DNA of 13,924 nucleotides from Thermodesulfobacteriota bacterium (lineage in GTDB: Bacteria; Desulfobacterota_D; UBA1144; Nemesobacterales; N074bin48). The stretch covers positions 1 to 13,924 of the forward strand of contig JBFFSH010000068.1 in NCBI GenBank assembly GCA_041572575.1, in the 5' to 3' direction. The notes beneath the pieces were generated by a model. The model worked only from the letters and a program-made list of their open reading frames with translations, made no database searches and was not told the origin of the DNA. Made by a program: the position numbers and the translations under genes. Of the stretch, positions 7,003-13,924 are shown piece after piece (within the stretch, counting starts at the first letter, position 1; each line of letters opens with the position of its first letter).

Positions 7003-9453
7003 TCATGAGCTTAGCTCTTCTGAATTATTTTCCGAGTCTTGTCCTCCACCCGAGGTATTTTTTGCACCTTTCACGGATTTTCTATACTCTTCGGCCAGTT
7101 GTTTAAGCTTCTTGCTAACAAGATAGTTTACAGTGCCTTCCTTATAGCTGCCATCTGAAAGCATTTGTCCAGCAGGAGTGCCTGTAAGAATTTGCAAGGC
7201 ATCCTCTATGGTCTCAATAGAATGTATGTGAAATTTCTTGTTTTTTACAGCTTCGATTACTTCTTTTTTAAGCATTAAATTTTGAACATTTTGATGAGGT
7301 ATAAGTACTCCATTCTCTCCATTTAATCCCTTTTCTTTACAAACATGGAAAAATCCTTCCACTTTTTCATTTACTCCACCTATTGGCTGAATCTGCCCTT
7401 TCTGGTTTACTGAACCCGTGATGGCGAAGCACTGTTTAATGGGAATTTCAGACAGGCTTGAGAGAAGTGCTACAAGTTCTGCTGCAGATGCGCTGTCTCC
7501 GTCAATCATCTCATAGGTCTGCTCAAATCCCAGACTTGCAGATAGACTCAAGGGTATGTCCTGAGCATATTTTGCTCCAAGATAACCATTTAAAATCAGT
7601 ACACCTTTGTCATGAATATTTCCGCTTAGCTTTGCTCTTCTTTCTATATTAATAAGACCTTCAGCCCCAATATATGTTTCACATGTTATTCTGTTGGGCT
7701 TTCCAAATGCATAGTCGCCCATATTATAGACAGCAAGACCGTTTATCTGTCCAACGGTTTGTCCTGATGTAGAAATCATGATATTGCCGTCAGTAATCAT
7801 TTCCCTTATTTTCTCTTCGATCATATTCGATCTGTAGATCATTTCGTCTATTGCTCTTTCAACATCTGCTCTTTTGATGTTCTTGTTATTGCCATTAACC
7901 TCACTCCAGTAATTAGCTTCTTTAATTATTTTTGAAATTGCACCAAATTGCACAGAGAGCTTGTCCTGGTCTCCTGCAAGCCTTGTGGAATACTCTAAAA
8001 TGGCTTCAACACCGCTCCTATCAAATGTTTTTAGATTTTCTTTTTCACCAATAGACTTTATAAGGCAGCAATATTTATAAAGAATATCGTCATCCTTTTT
8101 TACAACAGAATCAAAGTCTGCTTTTACCTTAAAAAGTTTTCTAAAATCCTCATCGTAAGTGTAAAGCAAGTTGTAGATTTGCGGATTGCCCATTATTATA
8201 ACTTTTACATTCAACTCCATGGGTTCTGGTCTCATTCCCATAGTGCTCATAAGGCCGTAATGCTGCGAAACATCTTCGATTCTAAGCTCCCGATTTTCTA
8301 AAACTTTTTTAAGAGAGTCCCATACAAGCGGGTATTTAAATAAGTCATTAGCTTCTACAACCAGGTAGCCCCCGTTTGCCTTTGCAATCGATCCTGCGTG
8401 AATCATTGTGAAATCAGTAACAAGCGCTCCAAATCGCGCCTCTCTTTCAATTGATCCAAAAAGGTTTGTATAAGTAGGATGAGTTTCAAATATTACGGGC
8501 GCCCCCTCGGTATTGGAGTTATCTATAAATACATTGACCTTGTATTCGGTAAATGTAGGTTCAGGCTTTGGCATTGCTAATGGAAATCCGGGTGGTGCAT
8601 TTGAACCCCTGTCTGGCAGGAAAGTGTATATGTTATCGAGAATGTGTTTTTGTACCTCTGCAAGGTATTCAAGGATCTGTGATTTGTCGGTGTATTTTTC
8701 TCTTAAATTGTCAACTATATTCTGTACAGCGAACAAGGCTACTTTTTGTTCAAGCTCTTTTACCTTATCCATAAATTCCTGATCCATCTTGCGTACTTTT
8801 TTTACAACAGAAGAGATTTCGTTTTCAACTACTTCCTTTCGTTTTCTTATGATTTCCTTAAATGAATCATCTAGCTTGGCATAATCTTCCTGTGTTATTG
8901 GCTTGCCGCCGACAATGGGTATGGTAACGATTCCTGTAGGAGTGAACTGAACCTGCATTTCTTCAGTTTTTGCAAATTCCTGCAGATTATCAAAAAGAAT
9001 GTTTTTATCTCTTTGGAATATGTTGGTTAAATTTTGTCTTTCTTCTTCATATTCTTTTGTCTCGAATGCTTTAGGAAGGTTTTCTTTTAGTAGCTCAATG
9101 AAATCTTCCATATCTTTTTTGAAGAGCTTTCCTGTACCTGTGGGAAGTGTGAAGGCTTTCGGCTCAGTTGGATCTATAAAATTATACACATAGCACCAAT
9201 CGAATGGCTGCGGTTTATCCTTGCTTATAGATTCAAGCATATGTTTTACCGATGTAGATTTCCCAACACCTGATCTTCCAGCAATATAGATATGGTAACC
9301 TCTGTTATTCATACCGAGTCCAAAATTTAGCGCTCTAACTGCTCTGTCTTGTCCTATCAACTGATCACAGCTGCCTATTTCATCTGTATTTTTGAATCCC
9401 AGATTTGAAAGGTCACATTTCTTATATACTTCAGTATGTTTAAGTTCAGCCAT
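7003..9453 (-). CDS. Lon-family S16 protease, LonC/LonB-like with coiled-coil insertion
   Basis: IGQDRA, Walker A GRSGVGKS, DWCYVYNF, ANGGYLVVEA (degenerate Walker B), catalytic DGDSASAAEL and GGVNEKVEGF (Ser-Lys dyad). AGGAG RBS. Confidence 0.92.
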   Translation of the reverse strand: MAELKHTEVYKKCDLSNLGFKNTDEIGSCDQLIGQDRAVRALNFGLGMNNRGYHIYIAGRSGVGKSTSVKHMLESISKDKPQPFDWCYVYNFIDPTEPKAFTLPTGTGKLFKKDMEDFIELLKENLPKAFETKEYEEERQNLTNIFQRDKNILFDNLQEFAKTEEMQVQFTPTGIVTIPIVGGKPITQEDYAKLDDSFKEIIRKRKEVVENEISSVVKKVRKMDQEFMDKVKELEQKVALFAVQNIVDNLREKYTDKSQILEYLAEVQKHILDNIYTFLPDRGSNAPPGFPLAMPKPEPTFTEYKVNVFIDNSNTEGAPVIFETHPTYTNLFGSIEREARFGALVTDFTMIHAGSIAKANGGYLVVEANDLFKYPLVWDSLKKVLENRELRIEDVSQHYGLMSTMGMRPEPMELNVKVIIMGNPQIYNLLYTYDEDFRKLFKVKADFDSVVKKDDDILYKYCCLIKSIGEKENLKTFDRSGVEAILEYSTRLAGDQDKLSVQFGAISKIIKEANYWSEVNGNNKNIKRADVERAIDEMIYRSNMIEEKIREMITDGNIMISTSGQTVGQINGLAVYNMGDYAFGKPNRITCETYIGAEGLINIERRAKLSGNIHDKGVLILNGYLGAKYAQDIPLSLSASLGFEQTYEMIDGDSASAAELVALLSSLSEIPIKQCFAITGSVNQKGQIQPIGGVNEKVEGFFHVCKEKGLNGENGVLIPHQNVQNLMLKKEVIEAVKNKKFHIHSIETIEDALQILTGTPAGQMLSDGSYKEGTVNYLVSKKLKQLAEEYRKSVKGAKNTSGGGQDSENNSEELSS

Positions 9454-9576
9454 ATTCTACTCCTAATGAAATATTGAGATTTACTGTAATATTACTAAGT
9501 AATGACTCATATTGTAATAGAGTTATACAAAATAAAAAAGGTTATTTTTAAATTTAATAAAAATAAGCAGTTGAGA

Positions 9577-10602
9577 TCAGCTTTGAGGCTCTATAATGAC
9601 CTTGATAGAATCATCTGATTTTATAGCCAGTTCAAAACCTTTTTGTGTCTGGGATAGGGGTAGCCTGTGGGTTATCATCTCGGCTACATTCACCCTGCCG
9701 CTGCTTATCATGTTAAGCGCTACCGAGAGATCTGCCTGTGAAGCGGCGTAGGAGCTGATAATCTTAATTCCTTTCCACCAAATCTCATTGAAATCAATAG
9801 TGAGTTTATACCCGGGGTCAGAAGGAGCAAAGTACAGGATGGTCCCCCCAAGCTCAATTAGTGATAATGCCTGCTTGATGGCAGATGGCGCACCGGTGTT
9901 GACTACTATGAAGTCTGCAAGCCTTCCTTCATTGAGTTCTTTTATGTTTTCACCAATGCTTATATCGGGTCTAAGTACATGATCTGCACCTAGTTTCTTT
10001 GCTGTTCTGAGTTTAAAGTCATTAATGTCGGAAGCGAATATCGTCCCTGCACCCTGTGCTTTTGCATACTGTAAATTTAGAAGCCCTGTCATGCCGCATC
10101 CAATTATTAGGACGCAGCTTCCGGCTTCAAATCCTGCAAGTCTTTGACCGCGTACTACACAGCCAAGCGGTTCTACAAATGAGCCCTGTTCATAGGAAAC
10201 ATTATCGGGAAGCCTGAGCACCCCGCGGTCAACATTAATACTAGGGATTCTGATGTATTCTGAAAATCCGCCGGGATCAAAGTGAGTACTCCTCAGAGTG
10301 TCGCAAGCAGAGTGATTGCCTCTCAGGCAGTGATAGCATGTATTGCATGGGACATGATGTGTGGCAATGACCCTGTCTCCAGGTTTAAAATTCTTAACAT
10401 CGCCTCTTACTTCGACTATTTCTCCTGCGACTTCATGCCCAAGCACAATAGGGGCCTTTGGAACGCGGTACCACTCCATTGTGTCACTACCGCAAACACC
10501 GCTTGCCATGGTTCTTAATAGAATCTCACCGGATTGCAATACTGGCTGAGAGACATTTTCTATACGTATATCAGAGTTGTTGTAATACATTGCTACGCGC
10601 AT
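9577..10602 (-). CDS. Zinc-dependent medium-chain dehydrogenase (L-iditol/threonine dehydrogenase-like)
   Basis: VCGSD, LGHE, structural-Zn motif PCNTCYHCLRGNHSAC, VEPLGC, Rossmann GCGMTG. Confidence 0.92.
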   Translation of the reverse strand: MRVAMYYNNSDIRIENVSQPVLQSGEILLRTMASGVCGSDTMEWYRVPKAPIVLGHEVAGEIVEVRGDVKNFKPGDRVIATHHVPCNTCYHCLRGNHSACDTLRSTHFDPGGFSEYIRIPSINVDRGVLRLPDNVSYEQGSFVEPLGCVVRGQRLAGFEAGSCVLIIGCGMTGLLNLQYAKAQGAGTIFASDINDFKLRTAKKLGADHVLRPDISIGENIKELNEGRLADFIVVNTGAPSAIKQALSLIELGGTILYFAPSDPGYKLTIDFNEIWWKGIKIISSYAASQADLSVALNMISSGRVNVAEMITHRLPLSQTQKGFELAIKSDDSIKVIIEPQS

Positions 10603-10656
10603 TGTTTACTCCGTTTACTCCATAGTGGCATACATAGTTGATTGCCTGAAAAGATA

Positions 10657-11472
10657 CTAAGCATTAGCAGCAGCTTTTTCATTTTCTGATTTTACTTCTA
10701 GGTACAATTTGTGAGCCTGTTTTGGTTTAAGCCCTTCGTGTACTATACCGCGTATGGCTCTTAGCACAGCAACGGGGTTATCGTTTTGCCAGATGTTTCT
10801 TCCCATGTCCACCCCGACGGCACCCTGCTGTAATGCGTTATATGTTAGCTCAAATACATCCAATTCAGTTTCAAGCTTGGGTCCGCCTGCAATAACGATT
10901 GGAGCAGGACAGCTTGTAGTGACCTTTTCAAAATCTTCACAGTAATATGTTTTAACAATATGTGTTCCAAGCTCTGCGCAAATTCTGCAGCAAAGCGAAA
11001 GGTACCGGGCGTCTCTCTTTTCAAGCTCCTTTCCAACTGCGGTAATACCAAGCACTGGAACTCCATATTCCTGCCCCTGGTTTACAAGCTCCGAAAGGTT
11101 TAAAAGCGTCTGTCTTTCATGAGATGAGCCTACAAATACCGATATTCCGATACCGGCTACATTTAGCCTAAGAGCATCTTTTATAGAGGTTGTAATACCC
11201 TCATCTTCTAGCGCCGGACCTACTATGCTTACTCCGCCAGATACTCTTAGCACCACATTTGCGCTCGATTCCGGGTCTACACAGGTTCTAAGCACACCAC
11301 GGGTAAGCATTATGGTGTCTGCATATGGCAAAAGCGGTTCGATTGTTTTTCTTGGTTCTTCTATTCTGTGTGTCGGGCCCAAAAAGTATCCGTGGTCAAA
11401 AGCTAGCATTACTGCTCGACCGGTCTTTGGGTTTATTATGCGGGCCATTCTGTTAGCAAGTCCCCAGTCCAT
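10657..11472 (-). CDS. lsrF: LsrF-family thiolase / DhnA-type class I aldolase fold
   Basis: MDWGLANRMARI, VMLAFDHGYFLGPT, IVKTYYC (catalytic Lys), IVIAGGPK, GAVGVDMGRNIWQ. Confidence 0.9.
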   Translation of the reverse strand: MDWGLANRMARIINPKTGRAVMLAFDHGYFLGPTHRIEEPRKTIEPLLPYADTIMLTRGVLRTCVDPESSANVVLRVSGGVSIVGPALEDEGITTSIKDALRLNVAGIGISVFVGSSHERQTLLNLSELVNQGQEYGVPVLGITAVGKELEKRDARYLSLCCRICAELGTHIVKTYYCEDFEKVTTSCPAPIVIAGGPKLETELDVFELTYNALQQGAVGVDMGRNIWQNDNPVAVLRAIRGIVHEGLKPKQAHKLYLEVKSENEKAAANA

Positions 11473-11513
11473 AATTGTTATACCTCTCTTGAATTTATTT
11501 TGTTAGAGATAGA

Positions 11514-11542
11514 AATTTAATGGATGGCCGGCTTTAAGTCAA
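11514..11542 (-). promoter_or_regulatory. Sigma70 promoter of the lsrF-dehydrogenase operon
   Basis: Minus strand TTGACT (11542-11537), 17 bp, TAAATT (11519-11514), about 40 bp before the ATG. Confidence 0.6.
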
Positions 11543-11601
11543 TTCAGACTTATAAAGATTAACAAGATCTAATTGTAAGATGTAAAATTGGGATAAAAGA
11601 A

Positions 11602-12108
11602 CTATTCGCCTTCCCAAAGACCCACGACTTCAACATCGCCTCTTAAGAATTTTTCTGTCTTACCACTATTTGCTGTTCCATTGTTTGAAGCTGTACTCAC
11701 AACTCCAACTTTACCGGAATCCGGATAAACCTTTATGTCAGGTTCAACCATCGTGGATATACATATATATTTGAGTGTTGTTTCTCCCCTATTTGTGAGC
11801 TGGTGTGCGGATCCTTCCGCAGGAAAAGTAAGGTAGTCACCTTTTGATACAAAGTATGACTCATCACCAAATCTGAGTTCGGCATTTCCTTCTAAAATAA
11901 ATACAGCTTCTTCATTTGAGCAATGATAATGAAATGGGAATGCAGATTTTCCGGGTGGTACTTCATAGATTGAGCAGCCCAGTTTCTCGGCGCCAGAGTT
12001 TTGAGAAAGTGATTTCTTTTTATATTCAAACCTGGAATTGTAGCTGTTAGTATCCCATACAAGATCTTTTTCATTTATGATGTTGGCCATCTTAAGCTTT
12101 TCTTTCAT
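11602..12108 (-). CDS. Cupin-domain protein
   Basis: VPPGKSAFPFHYHCSNEEAVFILEG...GDYLTFPAEGSAHQLTN and YPDSGKV. AAGGAG RBS 8 nt before the ATG. Confidence 0.9.
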   Translation of the reverse strand: MKEKLKMANIINEKDLVWDTNSYNSRFEYKKKSLSQNSGAEKLGCSIYEVPPGKSAFPFHYHCSNEEAVFILEGNAELRFGDESYFVSKGDYLTFPAEGSAHQLTNRGETTLKYICISTMVEPDIKVYPDSGKVGVVSTASNNGTANSGKTEKFLRGDVEVVGLWEGE

Positions 12109-12122
12109 TTTCCATGCTCCTT

Positions 12123-12153
12123 AATACTAAAGCAACTATAATGCTTTAGTATT
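12123..12153. promoter_or_regulatory. Perfect 12-bp inverted repeat upstream of the cupin gene (operator or hairpin)
   Basis: AATACTAAAGCA-actataa-TGCTTTAGTATT directly upstream of the RBS. Confidence 0.55.
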
Positions 12154-12231
12154 GCATAAAAAATAAATCTTTCAATATGCTTATTGAAAAAAATAATTAA
12201 ATTATTGTTATCAAATAAATACAGGAGGGTT

Positions 12232-13416
12232 CTAATTGTTGAGACTTAGTTTGAATGCTTTTAGTGCATGATCGATTTGTTCTTCGGTATGTTTTGCCAT
12301 AAGTGTAGCTCTTATTCTGCACATCCCATCAGGTACAGAAGGCGGCCTGACTGCAGGAGTATAAACCCCATTTTCTCTTAGCGATTTTGCAAAATCGAGT
12401 GTTGGTTGAGCTTCACCTATTAAAACCGGTATTACTGCAGAATGTGATGGCAGCACTGTAAGTCCAATATCATCCAGACCTTGTTTGAATTTGTTTATTA
12501 ATTTCCACAGATATTCTCTTCTCTCCGGTTCATATTCTATAATATCAATTGCTGCCAAAGATGCGGCAAGAGATGCAGCTGGTAATGATGTATCGAAAAT
12601 ATAACTACGTACCCTGTTTCTAATAAAATCAATTAATTTCTGGCTTCCGGCAATATATCCTCCCAGGGAACCGACTGCTTTCGATAGTGTGCCCATGACA
12701 ATAGGAACTCTATCTTCAATGCCGAAATGCTCCGTGCCGCCGCTTCCTCTTTTTCCAAGCACGCCTGTAGAATGAGCCTCATCTATCATGAACATACAGC
12801 CATATTTATCTGCTAGGTCGGCAATCTCGGGCAGGGGTGCAAGGTCACCATCCATACTGAACACAGTATCGGTCACAATTAACTTTTTACATTTTCTGTT
12901 CATGTCTTTTTCCAGTAAAGATTCCAGGTGGTTTACATCCAGATGTTTATAAATCCTGATATCTGCCTTGGAAAGTCTGCATCCATCTATGATTGATGCG
13001 TGGTTTAGCTCATCACTGTAAACAATGTCATCTTTTCCCACCAATGTTGATATTGTTCCAATATTAGCAAGGTATCCAGTGCTAAAGAGGATTGCTGCTT
13101 CGGTTTTTTTGAAATCTGCTAACCGCTGCTCAAGCTGCCTGTGCAGGTCGGTGCTGCCGCTTACTAGCCTTGAGCCTCCTGAGCCTGTGCCGTATTTTTC
13201 AGTGGCTTCAACCGCTGCCTGAATTACTCTTGGCTCTACTGTTAGTCCCAAGTAGCTGTTGGATGATAGGAGAATATATTTTTTGCCGTCAATTATGATC
13301 TCAGGAGACTGTGCGGACTCAAGCTCTGTTAGAATTCTAAACAGGTCTTTGTCCTTTATTACATCCAATTCTTTTTCGATCCAGGATAATAAATCTGCCA
13401 TTTTATAGATAACCAC
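12232..13416 (-). CDS. bioF: 8-amino-7-oxononanoate synthase (class II PLP aminotransferase fold); true start may be the ATG at 13401
   Basis: SSNSYLGL, GTGSGGSRLVSG, DELNHASIIDG, VFSMDGD, DEAH, GTLSKAVG (PLP Lys) and AVRPPSVP. The RPP motif favours BioF over Kbl. Confidence 0.88.
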   Translation of the reverse strand: MVIYKMADLLSWIEKELDVIKDKDLFRILTELESAQSPEIIIDGKKYILLSSNSYLGLTVEPRVIQAAVEATEKYGTGSGGSRLVSGSTDLHRQLEQRLADFKKTEAAILFSTGYLANIGTISTLVGKDDIVYSDELNHASIIDGCRLSKADIRIYKHLDVNHLESLLEKDMNRKCKKLIVTDTVFSMDGDLAPLPEIADLADKYGCMFMIDEAHSTGVLGKRGSGGTEHFGIEDRVPIVMGTLSKAVGSLGGYIAGSQKLIDFIRNRVRSYIFDTSLPAASLAASLAAIDIIEYEPERREYLWKLINKFKQGLDDIGLTVLPSHSAVIPVLIGEAQPTLDFAKSLRENGVYTPAVRPPSVPDGMCRIRATLMAKHTEEQIDHALKAFKLSLNN

Positions 13417-13486
13417 GAACCAGGGAGTAGTTCAATATAGAAAATGTTTGCATGAGGCTATATACTAACAAACAAGTAGTAACATT

Positions 13487-13792
13487 ATGGATAAAATTAA
13501 AAAACTAATTAACCACTTCGACTCATTTGGGGATGTTTTATTATTTTTCCAAATTCTTATTTTTTTAACAATTCTTCCTGTACTCCTAAAAGTATTCTCT
13601 CTTAAAAAGTTGATGGGAATTCTGAGTTCGGATTCTAAAGAAGCTCAGATTAAAGATAGAGCAGAAAAAGTCCTTGAGCTTACTAATCTTGTACTTTATC
13701 GGGATTTTTGGATATACAAAAATATATGCCTTAAACGCTCACTTGCGCTCTATTATTTTTTAAGCAGGATGGGGCATGAAGTAAAAATTTAG
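13487..13792 (+). pseudogene. Lasso peptide biosynthesis B2-like (transglutaminase-like) gene, 3'-truncated by IS insertion
   Basis: NICLKRSLALYYFLSRMGHEVKI matches the B2 CLxRS motif. The reading frame stops where the family normally continues xGV...AHAW. The TAG is formed at the IS junction. Confidence 0.72.
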
Positions 13793-13924
13793 GAGCTCGC
13801 ATAGGACAGCAAAGTATACTAAGCTGAAACTATGCAAAAGAAGTTACTTAAGAATACAAAACTATCAAATAGTAAGATAAGCAAGCTAATACAAATGTTT
13901 GTATTGGAAGTGCCGGCATGTAAA
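13792..13924 (+). mobile_element. Left end of an IS1595-family (IS1016-like) insertion sequence
   Basis: Starts GGAGCT..TAG, resembling the GGGGCT..TAG ends of IS1016-like elements, after AT-rich AAAATTTA. A transposase-like ORF starts 40 bp inside. Confidence 0.7.
13832..13924 (+). CDS. IS1595/IS1016-like transposase, N-terminal 31 aa (partial)
   Basis: MQKKLLKNTKLSNSKISKLIQMFVLEVPACK resembles the KL...L..FVLEV.A N-terminus of IS1016-group transposases. Confidence 0.7.
   Translation, partial: MQKKLLKNTKLSNSKISKLIQMFVLEVPACK

Noticed and set aside
9502..9526. CIRCE/HrcA operator upstream of the Lon-like gene
   Set aside because: The ACTC-GAGT spacing is 11 rather than 9, and the TTAGC/GCTAA flanks are absent.
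4518..13222. Short ORFs overlapping DUF6901, murI, radA, lon, the dehydrogenase, lsrF, cupin and bioF
   Set aside because: Antisense or out-of-frame shadows of well-supported genes, with no motifs of their own.
13445..13474. BirA operator upstream of bioF (TGTTTG-N18-CAAACA)
   Set aside because: Only 6-bp arms and a poor fit to TGTAAACC...GGTTTACA.

Overview
The window has three parts. (1) Bases 1-3896 are the AT-rich right end of a tRNA-integrated mobile element organised like a phage satellite or genomic island. It has a leftward operon of an excisionase/AlpA-type HTH gene, a small ORF and a CHC2 zinc-finger/P-loop replication protein; this last gene runs off the left edge and is absent from the ORF track. 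It also has a divergent 343-aa orphan gene and a PEGA-type lipoprotein cargo gene. The element ends at the displaced 3' half of a tRNA-Asn(GTT), the attR at 3852-3896. The ~150-bp att arm region is present twice. The inner copy ends, in the same register, at an inverted tRNA-Lys(CTT)-like anticodon arm instead of the Asn one. A promoter plus intrinsic terminator define a probable ~60-nt antisense RNA inside the early operon. (2) Bases ~4060-13416 are ordinary chromosome: a DUF6901-like gene, murI, radA, a LonC-type protease, a Zn-dependent dehydrogenase with lsrF, a cupin and bioF. (3) At the right edge, a lasso-peptide B2-like gene is cut by an IS1595-family (IS1016-like) insertion that runs off the window. 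All family assignments come from motif recognition, not database searches.
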